DNA of 34,341 nucleotides, taken from assembly GCA_965372675.1 (NCBI GenBank), contig CBDVDF010000001.1, positions 1-34,341 of the forward strand. The letters run 5' to 3'. The position numbers and the translations under genes are program-made. Shown piece by piece: positions 6,653-15,789 of the stretch; the first letter of the stretch is position 1, and every line of letters starts with the position of its first letter. Source of the stretch: an uncultured Desulfobacterales bacterium. Its GTDB lineage: Bacteria > Desulfobacterota > Desulfobulbia > Desulfobulbales > JAGXFP01. The notes below the pieces were generated by a model. The model worked only from the letters and a program-made list of their open reading frames with translations. It did not search any database and was not told the DNA's origin.

Positions 6653-9600
6653 CAACCCTACTCCTCTCTAAATCTATGACAAAGGCAAGCAACGCCGGAA
6701 TAACAAACAGGGTAAATACCGTTGAGACGGCCAGACCTCCCAGGAGAATACTGCCCAGGCCCCGATACAATTCGCTGCCTGGTCCGGTTGACAGAACCAT
6801 CGGCATCATAGCCAGCAGGCTGGTAGTGGCGCTCATGAAAATCGGCCGGATCCTGGTCCGGACCGCATCGGAGATCGCCGGGATCCCGACCAGTCCGTTG
6901 TAGCGGACATTGTTCAGCGACTGGTGGACGATCAGGATGGCATTGTTGACCACCGTGCCGATCAGGATAATAAAACCCAGCATGGCCAGGATATCAAAGC
7001 CCTGCGGGGCGATCAGGAGATTGACCAGCCGCAGACCGATAAAGCCTCCGGCCGCAGCCAGCGGCACGCTGAACAGAATGATCAGCGGATAGATAAAGTT
7101 TTCAAACAGGGCCGCCATCAACAGATAAGTTATGGCCAGGGCCAGGAGCAGATTCCACTGCAAGGCCTTGCCGGTCTCGGCAAGTTTGTCGGCATTGCCG
7201 CCGACGCTTACCTCAAGACCCTGCAATTGACCGGAATCGGCCATAGCGCCGATCACCTGGCTGTTAATGATCTCCATGGCATCCTGCAGGGGCAGATCGG
7301 CCGGCGGCGTGACCTGCAGGGTGATGGTTCTATTTCTCTCCAGATGGTTGATCTGCGGCATTCCCTGGCTATAAACCAGCTCGGATACATCACCGATCCT
7401 GATCAGATTGCCGAAACTGTTAACAATGGTGCTGGCCATGATATCCTCCGGCGACCGGTAAAGAGCATCATCACCCTTGATCACCAGATCGATCTGCTTG
7501 ACTCCGGCCGGCCGGAATTCATCGATCTTGCGACCATCCATCAGCACATCGACATAGATCCCCAGATCTCGTTCAGAAAGCCCGCTGGCCGCCAGTTTTT
7601 CTTTGTTGGGAATTATCTTGGCCTCAGGGTAACTGGTTTCGAGCGAGGGGATCGGCCGGATCTGGCCGTTCGGGATCTTGGCGGGGATCAAGCCGAACAT
7701 CATCGCCTGGGCCGCGCCGACGATCTTATTGATATCCTGGCCTGAAATATTGACATCGATATTGCGGCCCTGGCCGATCCCGGATTCAAAGATCCCGGCC
7801 TGGATGGAGACCCCGAATATCCCGGGGATCGAACGCATTATCCTGTTAAAGAGCGGCATCATCTCTTTGGCCCTGGTTTCATGGACGCCAATGCCGCCGA
7901 AGAGATTGAAGCGTTCCGCTCCGACGTAGAACATCTGCTTGATCTGGGGGATGCCGTCTTTGCCGTCCTCGGCAAAATAGGGTTTTGCCTCGTTGTAGAC
8001 GTAATGCCCCATCTCCTTGAGCTTTTCCACCGAATAGCCGGGTGGCGGGATCAGAATATTCATGATCAGATTCCGGTTGCCCATCGGCAAATATTCAGCA
8101 CTGGGCTTTAAACCGGCCATTATCCCGAGGGAGACCACCGTGAACAGGAAAATCGTCAGCAAGCGACTCTTGGGAGAGTTAAGGCAGATGGCGGAAAAAC
8201 CCATCAGCCGCTCAACAATGATCGGCCCCACCTTACTCTCTTGAAATTTAGTGGCCGGCCGCTGTTTTTTTCTCTTATAGAACTGATGGATCAGGGAGGG
8301 GATGACCGAAACCGAAACAAAGAGACTTAAGGTTATCGAAAAGGTAATGGCAATGGCAATATCACGGAAGAGCTGACCGGCCTCCTCCTGCATAAAGATA
8401 ACCGGCAGAAACACCGCCACGGTGGTGGCGGTCGAAGCGAGGACCGCACCCCAGACCTCTTTGGTCCCGTCATAGGCCGCCCCGAAAGCATCCTTGCCCA
8501 TCTTACGGTGCCGGTCGATATTTTCCAGGACCACTATCGAGTTATCTACCAGCATCCCGACCGCAAAAGAGATCCCGGCCAGACTGACCACATTGAGATT
8601 ACGCCCCATCAGCCAGAGGAAGACGAAGGCACCGATGACCGAAATCGGAATAGCGACTGCGGTGGTTATGGTGGAGGTGGCGCTGCGCAAAAAGCTGAGC
8701 AGGACCACAATGGCCAGAATACCGCCGATCAGGACGTTCCTCTTGACCAGGTTGATGGCATTGTTGATATAGGGACGCTGGTCATAGACCCAGTCGATGA
8801 AGACCCCGTTCTTGGCCAGCAGCCCCCCGTTGAGCCACTCGACTTTTTCTTCCATCCGGTCACTCAACTCCAGAACATTGGCGCCCTGTTCCCTCCTGAC
8901 CCCAACCACGATGCCCTGGGTACCATTATGAAGGATCGCGCCCTCATCTTTCTTAAAACCGTTCTCGACCCGGGCCACATCACGGAGATATACTCTCCTG
9001 GTTCCATCGTCGAAGATCACCACATCCAGAGCATCGACCGGAGACTGAAACTGGCTGACCGTCCTGATACGATAATTTTTTCTGCCAACCCCGAGAACCC
9101 CGGCCGAGGTGTTGAGGTTGGCCGCTCGCAGCGCCGCGATAATCCGGTTGATCGTCACCTTGTGGCGGGCCATCCGGGCAGTATCAACGACCACATGCAG
9201 CTCATTCTCAGTGCCGCCAAAGACCAACAGGGAACCAACCCCCTTGACCCTTTCCAGGTGCTGGCGGACATTATCCTCAAAGAATGTCCTGAAATGGTTG
9301 ACGTGCTCCCTGGTTTCAGGCTTGGTTTTGAGAAACATCCAGATAACCGGAGAACTCTGCGCGCCAGCCGCCTCGATCCTCGGCCTGAGCACATTTTCCG
9401 GATAATCGGCCACTTCATTCATCTTGTTGGAAACCCGGAGCAAGGCGTCATCCAGATCGGTCTCCAGGGCGAAGGAGAGGGTTACCTCAGCATAACTGTT
9501 AAAACTGGAACTCTCCATCTTGGTCAGGCCCTGGAGACCCTTGAGAGCCTCCTCCTGCTGCTCGATCACCTCTTTTTCGATTTCATATGGAGTGGCGCCA

Positions 9601-9755
9601 CCCCAGATCGTGCTGACCGTGATCTTCGGGGTCTCCACATCGGGAGTGAGCTGGACCGGCAGCTTGTTGAGGCCGATCAGCCCGAACATCACCACCAGAA
9701 TGACCGCCACCGAGATGCCGACCGGTTTGCGGATAGAACTTTTAACAATGTCCAT
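6639..9755 (-). CDS. RND (AcrB/HAE-type) efflux transporter permease
   Basis: 1038 aa. Typical RND N-terminus (SIRKPVGISVAVILVVMFGLIGLNKLPVQLTPDVE), 12-TM layout with two large periplasmic loops, conserved VGMLVDNSIVVLENI segment. Confidence 0.93.
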   Translation of the reverse strand: MDIVKSSIRKPVGISVAVILVVMFGLIGLNKLPVQLTPDVETPKITVSTIWGGATPYEIEKEVIEQQEEALKGLQGLTKMESSSFNSYAEVTLSFALETDLDDALLRVSNKMNEVADYPENVLRPRIEAAGAQSSPVIWMFLKTKPETREHVNHFRTFFEDNVRQHLERVKGVGSLLVFGGTENELHVVVDTARMARHKVTINRIIAALRAANLNTSAGVLGVGRKNYRIRTVSQFQSPVDALDVVIFDDGTRRVYLRDVARVENGFKKDEGAILHNGTQGIVVGVRREQGANVLELSDRMEEKVEWLNGGLLAKNGVFIDWVYDQRPYINNAINLVKRNVLIGGILAIVVLLSFLRSATSTITTAVAIPISVIGAFVFLWLMGRNLNVVSLAGISFAVGMLVDNSIVVLENIDRHRKMGKDAFGAAYDGTKEVWGAVLASTATTVAVFLPVIFMQEEAGQLFRDIAIAITFSITLSLFVSVSVIPSLIHQFYKRKKQRPATKFQESKVGPIIVERLMGFSAICLNSPKSRLLTIFLFTVVSLGIMAGLKPSAEYLPMGNRNLIMNILIPPPGYSVEKLKEMGHYVYNEAKPYFAEDGKDGIPQIKQMFYVGAERFNLFGGIGVHETRAKEMMPLFNRIMRSIPGIFGVSIQAGIFESGIGQGRNIDVNISGQDINKIVGAAQAMMFGLIPAKIPNGQIRPIPSLETSYPEAKIIPNKEKLAASGLSERDLGIYVDVLMDGRKIDEFRPAGVKQIDLVIKGDDALYRSPEDIMASTIVNSFGNLIRIGDVSELVYSQGMPQINHLERNRTITLQVTPPADLPLQDAMEIINSQVIGAMADSGQLQGLEVSVGGNADKLAETGKALQWNLLLALAITYLLMAALFENFIYPLIILFSVPLAAAGGFIGLRLVNLLIAPQGFDILAMLGFIILIGTVVNNAILIVHQSLNNVRYNGLVGIPAISDAVRTRIRPIFMSATTSLLAMMPMVLSTGPGSELYRGLGSILLGGLAVSTVFTLFVIPALLAFVIDLERSRVDENN

Positions 9756-10807
9756 TACTGCTCACCCGCTACAACTACAGGCTGGTCGGGTCGCAACCGT
9801 TCATTGCCCTCAATGACAACCACCATTCCTTCAGTGAAATAGGGGTTATCGGCGCCGATCTTGTCGCCCAGATAGGTGACGATATTGACCGGCAAGATGG
9901 CAGCCTTGCCCTCTTTGACCGTGTAGACAAAATCCTGACCCTGAAATTTGACCAGGGCATCACGGGGGATGATACTGAGCTGCTTTTTCTCGCTGACCGG
10001 AACATAGACCGTCGCCGACATGTTTTCGGCCACTTTCTGCTGGGCGGGGATCTTTACCTTCAGGAAAACATTTTTGGTCTGGGCATCGGCCACCGGGTCA
10101 TAGTCTTCGATGATTCCGACAACCTCTTTGTCGTATGCGCTGATCCGAACCGTGACCTTTTCTCCGGCCTTGAAGTAAGTCAGGAGATTCTCCGCCACCG
10201 GCACCCGGACGTAGAGATCCGCAGCCGAACCGATCCTTACCAGGGTCCGCCCCTGCTGGACCCAGTCACCGGAATCAACATTTTTCTCCAGGACTACTCC
10301 ATCGTAAGGGGCCTTGATCACACTTTTCTCTTGCTTGATCAACAATTTATCAAGCTCAAGCTCTTCCTTCTGTTTCTCTCTAAGGCTGTCCTGATAGAGG
10401 TATAGCGCATCTTCGTAAACTTTCTCACTGACCCCCTCCTGTTTGAAGAGGCTCTCCAGTCTTTTGAAGTTCTTCTCCGCATTGGTAATCCGCAAGGCGG
10501 CCTGTTCTATTGTAACCAGACCAAGGTCGATCTCCTTTTCAAGAAGATCGGTATTCAGCCTGATCATCGGCGCATCTTTAGTGACTGTAGCCCCTTCCTG
10601 AACGCTGATCACTTCGACGAGGCCGGAAACCTCCGAAGACACCTGGCTGGTCCGGTCATAATATAAAGTGCCAATAAAAGACTGGTTCTCGGAAACCTGC
10701 TTCTGGACGATCTTACTGACAACCACCTTGGCCGGCGGCATCTCCTGGGCATGCACGACCTGCACCCCCGCAACGATCAAGACCAACAGTATTTTCAGGG
10801 TTCTCAT
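9755..10807 (-). CDS. RND periplasmic adaptor (membrane fusion protein)
   Basis: 350 aa. Signal sequence, lipoyl/hairpin/beta-barrel MFP pattern (VSGLVEVISVQEGATVTKDAPMIRL..., coiled-coil hairpin, IKAPYDGVV). GAGGTGA Shine-Dalgarno. 1-nt overlap with the RND gene. Confidence 0.9.
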   Translation of the reverse strand: MRTLKILLVLIVAGVQVVHAQEMPPAKVVVSKIVQKQVSENQSFIGTLYYDRTSQVSSEVSGLVEVISVQEGATVTKDAPMIRLNTDLLEKEIDLGLVTIEQAALRITNAEKNFKRLESLFKQEGVSEKVYEDALYLYQDSLREKQKEELELDKLLIKQEKSVIKAPYDGVVLEKNVDSGDWVQQGRTLVRIGSAADLYVRVPVAENLLTYFKAGEKVTVRISAYDKEVVGIIEDYDPVADAQTKNVFLKVKIPAQQKVAENMSATVYVPVSEKKQLSIIPRDALVKFQGQDFVYTVKEGKAAILPVNIVTYLGDKIGADNPYFTEGMVVVIEGNERLRPDQPVVVAGEQ

Positions 10808-10844
10808 TTTTCACCTCGATGTAATAAGTACAGACAGCTACCGA

Positions 10845-11231
10845 TCATAACCCGGACAGGGTTTCCCGGCAGATTTCAAGAAGCGTTGCCCTGAACTCCG
10901 GGGTTGGGGCAAGAGCCAGAAACTCTTCAACCTGCTGTCTCTGCAGCTCCCGGAACTCTTCAGAGCTGCCTATTTCTGGCGATTGCGGCCCTGATCGTTC
11001 CTGCCATAACATGGCCGTCACCATCTCGACACTGTCCCCGTCAGCCAGGAGGATCGCCGCCCACAGCATATGTTGGGCAAGCGGGTTGATCTTGGGGTCT
11101 CCGGACCAGCAGGGCCTGGGCTGTTGCAGGACTCCGCCCTTTTTAATCAGGGCCGCCTTAAGTTTTGCCCGTAAAGGATCGCCGGCCGGCAATTCCCCCT
11201 GCTTGAGCATTTTTATCATTTCCGAGAACAT
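10845..11231 (-). CDS. hypothetical protein
   Basis: 128-aa ORF directly upstream of the efflux operon on the same strand. No motif recognised. Composition is protein-like. Confidence 0.5.
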   Translation of the reverse strand: MFSEMIKMLKQGELPAGDPLRAKLKAALIKKGGVLQQPRPCWSGDPKINPLAQHMLWAAILLADGDSVEMVTAMLWQERSGPQSPEIGSSEEFRELQRQQVEEFLALAPTPEFRATLLEICRETLSGL

Positions 11232-11265
11232 TTTTCCGGCCTGCAGTACCTATCAGTAATAAAAG

Positions 11266-11305
11266 CATAAAAAAAGGGCGATGGTTTGATCATAAACCAC
11301 CGCCC
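11266..11305 (-). terminator. rho-independent terminator after the metV-like gene
   Basis: Stem GGGCGATGGTTT (11276-11287) / AAACCACCGCCC (11294-11305) with one mismatch and a 6-nt loop. A7 at 11269-11275 gives a U-run on the minus strand. Confidence 0.7.
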
Positions 11306-11332
11306 TTAGGATCTCGCAATATATTTTAAGGA

Positions 11333-12001
11333 TCAGACCGTCAGATCATCCCGGACGATCTTGCGAGGGCCACCGTGACCGGCGCTCCGCCAATCGCGGA
11401 TCGGGGCCACCTTGTCCATATCAGCTCGGTGGCCGGTCCGCTCAAGTTTGTCATGAATGGCCTGCCAGATACAGGGCACATCCTTGTGGATCTCGCATTT
11501 GCCATCCTGGGAACCACCGCAGGGGCCGTTCATCAGGCTTTTCGCGCAACGGGCTACCGGACAGAGACCACCGGTAAGGTGGAGAACACAGTCACCGCAA
11601 CCGGCGCATTGTTCGGTCCAGACCCCCTGCTCGGCCGAACCACCATAGAAGGTAGTGTTGACCCCGGGATAGACCATATCCATCGGCCGCAGGTTGGCGA
11701 TAAAGTTAACCCCTACCCCGCAGGCCATTGAGACGATGGCATCATACTGGCCATCCCACTGGTCGATTTCCTCGACATACTCCCGGTCACACTGACGGAC
11801 CAGGGTAGCCTCGATAGTCTCTAATTTTTGACCTTTCTTCAGGCAGCCCAAGCGCAGCAGCGAGGCGAGGATCTCGACCTCTCTTTCGCCACCGGCGGAA
11901 CAAACTGAGACGCAACCGCGACAGCCCAGGACCAGGACTTTTTTCGCCTCACTTACCATCTCGACTATTTCATCTACAGGCTTACGTTCTGCAGTGATCA
12001 T
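11333..12001 (-). CDS. metV: MetV-like protein (methylenetetrahydrofolate reductase C-terminal Cys-rich domain protein)
   Basis: 222 aa. Cys-rich C-terminal half CAGCGDCVLHLTGGLCPVARCAKSLMNGPCGGSQDGKCE, typical of the MTHFR_C/MetV family. ATG overlaps the mvhD stop (ATGA). Confidence 0.75.
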   Translation of the reverse strand: MITAERKPVDEIVEMVSEAKKVLVLGCRGCVSVCSAGGEREVEILASLLRLGCLKKGQKLETIEATLVRQCDREYVEEIDQWDGQYDAIVSMACGVGVNFIANLRPMDMVYPGVNTTFYGGSAEQGVWTEQCAGCGDCVLHLTGGLCPVARCAKSLMNGPCGGSQDGKCEIHKDVPCIWQAIHDKLERTGHRADMDKVAPIRDWRSAGHGGPRKIVRDDLTV

Positions 12002-12630
12002 TTTTTCTGACCTCCCTTCTTGGCCGCCGCCTTCTTGGCCGGCTTGGCTGCTGCTTTCTTGGTCGGCTTGGCCGCTGTTTTCTTGGCCGGTTTAGCCGCT
12101 GCCTTCTTGGCGGGCTTAGCTGCTGCCTTCTTGGCCGGTTTGGCCGTTGCCTTCTTGGCGGGCTTGGCTGCTACTTTCTTCGCCGGCTTGGCTGCTGCCT
12201 TCTTGGCAGGCTTCAGTTCACTCTTAAAGGGACTGGCACCCATTTCCCGGAGCCTTTCATCCATAGTGACAGCCGCTTCAACAAATTCAGGGTGAAAACC
12301 TCTTTCGAGATGATACGTCTCGATCCTTTCACCTTCGACCCCCAATTCCTCCAGGGCCTTACGGACCGCCATGGCCCGGCGGGCCGCCCGCTGGCTGCCC
12401 ATCAGGTTATGACATTGGTCTGGCGGGCAGCTGATCACGACTACACCATCCGCGCCATCCTCGAAGGCTTTCAACAGGGCACTGACCTGCAGTTTCCCTC
12501 CGCAGGTTACCCGGTTAATCGTGGCATTCTCGGGAAAACCATCCTCTTTAAGGCCATCGGCCCCCTCAGCGATCGCTTGCTGAGAAGTATAATGGCAGCA
12601 GAATATCTGTATATCAGGAGTAAAGCTCAT
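11998..12630 (-). CDS. mvhD: MvhD/FlpD-like (methyl-viologen-reducing hydrogenase delta subunit family) protein fused to a Lys/Ala/Pro repeat tail
   Basis: 210 aa. The N-terminal ~135 aa carry the MvhD Cys pattern (IFCCHYTS..., RVTCGGK, VISCPPDQCH). The C-terminal ~75 aa are KPAKK+3 aa repeated 8 times. Confidence 0.8.
   Translation of the reverse strand: MSFTPDIQIFCCHYTSQQAIAEGADGLKEDGFPENATINRVTCGGKLQVSALLKAFEDGADGVVVISCPPDQCHNLMGSQRAARRAMAVRKALEELGVEGERIETYHLERGFHPEFVEAAVTMDERLREMGASPFKSELKPAKKAAAKPAKKVAAKPAKKATAKPAKKAAAKPAKKAAAKPAKKTAAKPTKKAAAKPAKKAAAKKGGQKK
12016..12222 (-). repeat. imperfect 24-bp tandem repeat (coding, about 8 units)
   Basis: Units such as CTTCTTGGCCGGCTTGGCTGCTGC start at 12031, 12055, 12079, 12103, 12127, 12151, 12175 and 12199. 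They encode the KPAKKAAA-type tail of the mvhD-like gene. Confidence 0.9.
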
Positions 12631-12646
12631 TAATCTCTGTCTCCGG

Positions 12647-13213
12647 TTAATTTCCTGTTCCGCAGGCGGCGATCAGCCGCTCATCCTCGGATCCGTTCAT
12701 TTTAATGGCCTGGGCAGGGCACTCGGCATAACAGATCCCGCAGCCCTTACATGTCCGGGGATCGATAACCGCAATGCCCTGATCGTCGATCTGGGGGATC
12801 TGCCAGGGGCAAGTCCTGACACAGGTGAGGCAAGAGACACACTGCTCGCGCTCAACCGAGACAACCTTACCCATGTCGATCAAGTCCTGTTCGGTAACTA
12901 CTCCCTGATCCAGAGCCATCTCCCGGACAGCGGTCATGATATCGACAAAACGCACATCCTGGGGACAGACAAACACACAACTGCGACATTTAGAACAATG
13001 CCAGATCAACTCGGAACTGAGCAGCTTGTCCTTGAGTCCCATTCTGATCATATGAATGATCTTGCGGGGATCAAAGTCCGGTATTGCCTGACTTACCGGG
13101 CAAACACCACTGCAGGCGCCACAGGAGAAACAGCTGTTGAGGTGCTCCCCGCCCGGCAGCGCAATGACCTCAGCACTGAAAGATGCATTGATCTCTTTAT
13201 TGGTAATTCCCAT
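12647..13213 (-). CDS. iron-sulfur protein with four CxxCxxCxxxCP motifs (HdrC-like N-half plus 2x[4Fe-4S] ferredoxin C-half)
   Basis: ORF trimmed to the ATG at 13211-13213 (GGAGAGG 6 nt upstream), giving 188 aa. Motifs CFSCGACSGVCP, CSKCRSCVFVCP, CVSCLTCVRTCP and CKGCGICYAECP. Confidence 0.75.
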   Translation of the reverse strand: MGITNKEINASFSAEVIALPGGEHLNSCFSCGACSGVCPVSQAIPDFDPRKIIHMIRMGLKDKLLSSELIWHCSKCRSCVFVCPQDVRFVDIMTAVREMALDQGVVTEQDLIDMGKVVSVEREQCVSCLTCVRTCPWQIPQIDDQGIAVIDPRTCKGCGICYAECPAQAIKMNGSEDERLIAACGTGN

Positions 13214-13283
13214 AAAGAACCTCTCCAAAAAATGTTGAAAACCAAAACTATTAAAACCAGGACCTTAGTCCGGCCGTTATATC

Positions 13284-13311
13284 GAAAAAAGACCCGCCTG
13301 GATCACGGGTT
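13284..13311 (-). terminator. weak hairpin plus U-run downstream of kdsD
   Basis: Minus strand ACCCG-(9 nt)-CGGGT followed by TCTTTTTT (A6 at 13285-13290 on the plus strand). The stem is only 5 bp. Confidence 0.3.
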
Positions 13312-13319
13312 AATCACAA

Positions 13320-13348
13320 ATTTTACCCAATAGACCAGGCTTTGTCAA
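13320..13348 (-). promoter_or_regulatory. sigma70-like promoter for the ferredoxin/mvhD/metV operon
   Basis: Minus strand TTGACA (13348-13343), 17-nt spacer, TAAAAT (13325-13320). Confidence 0.4.
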
Positions 13349-13391
13349 CGCAGGAACCACTGTCTACGAGGCGGTGGCGCTCCCTTGCAGA

Positions 13392-14360
13392 TCAGACCAG
13401 GAAACGGAACTCCCCCTTACCCAGCAGATCCTGCAGATGGAGGACCCCGGCCAGCTGCCCGGCCTGATCACGGACCGGCAGGATGGTGATCTCATGCCGC
13501 TGCATGATGCTCAGGGCATCGGCAGCCAGCAGATCGGCCTCGATGGTTTTTGGGGCCCCGGTCATCACATCACTGGCCACCATCACCGCAGCGTTTTCAC
13601 CGTTAGAGACCAGGCGGCGGATATCACCATCAGTGATAATGCCAGCCAGTTCATCACCGCGCATAACCAGGACGGCACCGAGATTTCTCCTGTTCATGAC
13701 CTTGACCGCCTCGGTCAGCGGCTTGTCCTCGGTCACCATCGGGATATCGTCGCCACTTATCATTACTTCCGAGACTTTGACTTTAAGGCGCTCGCCGAGA
13801 CTGCCACCGGGGTGGTTGCGTCTGAAATCGCTGGCCTTGAATTGCTTACAATTAAGGAGAACCACTGCCAGGGCATCGCCCATAGCCAGAGCGGCCGTGG
13901 TACTGGCAGTCGGGGCCAGACCGAGGGGGCAAGCCTCGCGCGGCACCGACACTCCCAGGACAGCATCTCCGTGTTTAGCCAGGGTGGAATTAATATTGCC
14001 GGTCATGGAAATAATCCCAACCCCCCTCTTTTTGAGGCTGGGGAGCAGCAGATTCAACTCACTGGTCTCACCACTGTAAGATATGGCCATCACTACATCC
14101 TGCTCATCGACCAGACCCAGATCTCCGTGCATGGCCTCAACCGGATGTAAGAAAAAAGAAGAAGTACCGGTACTGTTCAAGGTAGCGGCGATCTTCTGGC
14201 CAATGATCCCGGATTTACCAATGCCGGTAATGATCAAGCGGCCGGAACAACCCATGATCATCTCAATTGCCCGGTTGAAATCATCATTCAGTTGATCGAG
14301 CAGGGAATTTATCCCTTCGGCTTCGATCTTCAGAACTTTCTTTGCCTGATCTATATACAT
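13392..14360 (-). CDS. kdsD: KpsF/GutQ-family arabinose-5-phosphate isomerase (SIS plus two CBS domains)
   Basis: ORF trimmed to the ATG at 14358-14360, giving 322 aa. SIS motif ITGIGKSG, then a tandem CBS pair at the C-terminus. The longer ORF-track start would overlap purF. Confidence 0.88.
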   Translation of the reverse strand: MYIDQAKKVLKIEAEGINSLLDQLNDDFNRAIEMIMGCSGRLIITGIGKSGIIGQKIAATLNSTGTSSFFLHPVEAMHGDLGLVDEQDVVMAISYSGETSELNLLLPSLKKRGVGIISMTGNINSTLAKHGDAVLGVSVPREACPLGLAPTASTTAALAMGDALAVVLLNCKQFKASDFRRNHPGGSLGERLKVKVSEVMISGDDIPMVTEDKPLTEAVKVMNRRNLGAVLVMRGDELAGIITDGDIRRLVSNGENAAVMVASDVMTGAPKTIEADLLAADALSIMQRHEITILPVRDQAGQLAGVLHLQDLLGKGEFRFLV

Positions 14361-14373
14361 ATCGTGCCTGTTT

Positions 14374-15789
14374 TTAACACTTGCAGCCCAAAGCCAGTTT
14401 ATGGAAATCCTTATCCGGCGGAACCGGGTAATCACCGTTGAAACAGGCCAGGCAGAAATTGTCGGCGCTGATGCCGGTCGCTTCAACCAAACCTTCAATA
14501 CTTAAGTAATGCAAACTGTCGAGACCGAGATGATCACGGATCTGATCAATTGTTTTGGCATTGGCGATCAGTTCGCCACCGGTGGGAAAATCTATTCCGT
14601 AATAGCAGGGGTTCCTGGTCGGCGGACAGCTGATCATCATATGCACTTCCTTGACCCCGACATCCTTAAGAGACTTGACCCGACTGCGGCCGGTGGTGCC
14701 CCTGATGATCGAATCTTCAATAATTATTACCTTTTTACCCTCCAGGAAGGTGCGGATCGGATTCAACTTTACCCGGACCGAGAAATCACGCATCGACTGG
14801 GTCGGCTGGATAAAGGTCCGGCCGACATAATGGTTACGAATAACCCCCATTTCCAGAGGAATGCCGGACTCCTGGGAATAGCCGATCGCCGCATAGTTCC
14901 CGGAATCGGGAAAAGGCATCACAAAATCGGCCTCAACCTTGCATTCCCGGGCCAGGATCTGCCCCATCCTTTTACGACTCTGGTAAACATTGAAACCGAA
15001 AATATCACTGTCGGGGCGGGCGAAGTAAACATGTTCAAAGATACAGCAACTCTCTCGCTCAGCCTTGGCCATATATAATGATTTAAGACCGGTGCTATCA
15101 ATGATCAGGACCTCGCCGGGCTCAATGTCCCTGACGTAGGCGGCCTCGATCAAGTCCAGGGCGCAGGTTTCGGAGGCAACGACATAGGAGCCGTTGCTCA
15201 GTTTACCGAGACAAAGGGGGCGAAAACCGTTGGGATCGCGAATCGCCACCAGTTTATCTTCGGTCATCAGCAGCATCGAGAAGGCACCCTTGATCTTGCT
15301 GAGGGTTTTAAGAAGCGCCTCTTCAAAACCAAGCGCAGAGTAGCAAGCCATAAGATGGCTCACCACTTCACTGTCCATGGTGGATTGAAAGATCGATCCG
15401 CCCTTTTCAAGTTCTTCCCGCAGGGATCTGATGTTAACGAGATTGCCGTTATGGGCCACGGAAAGGGTGCTGCCGAGGTGGGTGGAGGTAAAAGGCTGGG
15501 CATTAATTATATTCGACCCACCGGTGGTGGAATAACGGACATGACCGATACTGAGATGACCGATAAGGGACTGGAGGTTGTCCTCGTTGAAAACTTCCGA
15601 GACCAGGCCCATGCCGCGATGCTGACAGATTTTTTCTCCATCGCTGGCAACTATACCGGCACTCTCCTGACCCCGGTGTTGCAGGGCGTAGAGACCGAAA
15701 TAGGCGAGTTTGGCAGAATCTTCATGACCAAAGACCCCGCATATGCCGCACTCGTCACGAGGTCTGTCAGGGTTAATATATTGTAACAT
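14374..15789 (-). CDS. purF: amidophosphoribosyltransferase
   Basis: ORF trimmed to the ATG at 15787-15789, giving 471 aa. Ntn nucleophile context ECGICGVFG, PRPP loop VIIIEDSIIRGTT, C-terminal Fe-S cysteines (CYYGID, CLACFNGDYP). Confidence 0.93.
   Translation of the reverse strand: MLQYINPDRPRDECGICGVFGHEDSAKLAYFGLYALQHRGQESAGIVASDGEKICQHRGMGLVSEVFNEDNLQSLIGHLSIGHVRYSTTGGSNIINAQPFTSTHLGSTLSVAHNGNLVNIRSLREELEKGGSIFQSTMDSEVVSHLMACYSALGFEEALLKTLSKIKGAFSMLLMTEDKLVAIRDPNGFRPLCLGKLSNGSYVVASETCALDLIEAAYVRDIEPGEVLIIDSTGLKSLYMAKAERESCCIFEHVYFARPDSDIFGFNVYQSRKRMGQILARECKVEADFVMPFPDSGNYAAIGYSQESGIPLEMGVIRNHYVGRTFIQPTQSMRDFSVRVKLNPIRTFLEGKKVIIIEDSIIRGTTGRSRVKSLKDVGVKEVHMMISCPPTRNPCYYGIDFPTGGELIANAKTIDQIRDHLGLDSLHYLSIEGLVEATGISADNFCLACFNGDYPVPPDKDFHKLALGCKC

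Noticed and set aside
8508-9842. 444-aa plus-strand ORF. The same pattern appears at 6924..7745, 13374..14150, 24776..25486, 26007..26780, 31848..32657, 33018..33929 and 17849..18562.
   Set aside because: All lie antisense to confidently recognised genes (RND, kdsD, the cysK-cysS fusion, dsrP, recD2, the methyltransferase). Their composition is Arg/Gly/Asp/His/Gln/Pro-rich and low in complexity, as expected for shadow frames of moderately GC-rich genes. They carry no recognisable motifs.
12020-12295. Regular 24-bp repeats that might look CRISPR-like, and a 91-aa plus-strand ORF (AAFLAGLAAAFL...).
   Set aside because: The repeats are contiguous, with no spacers. They are in frame with the mvhD-like gene and encode its KPAKK tail. 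The plus-strand ORF is simply the antisense reading of that repeat.
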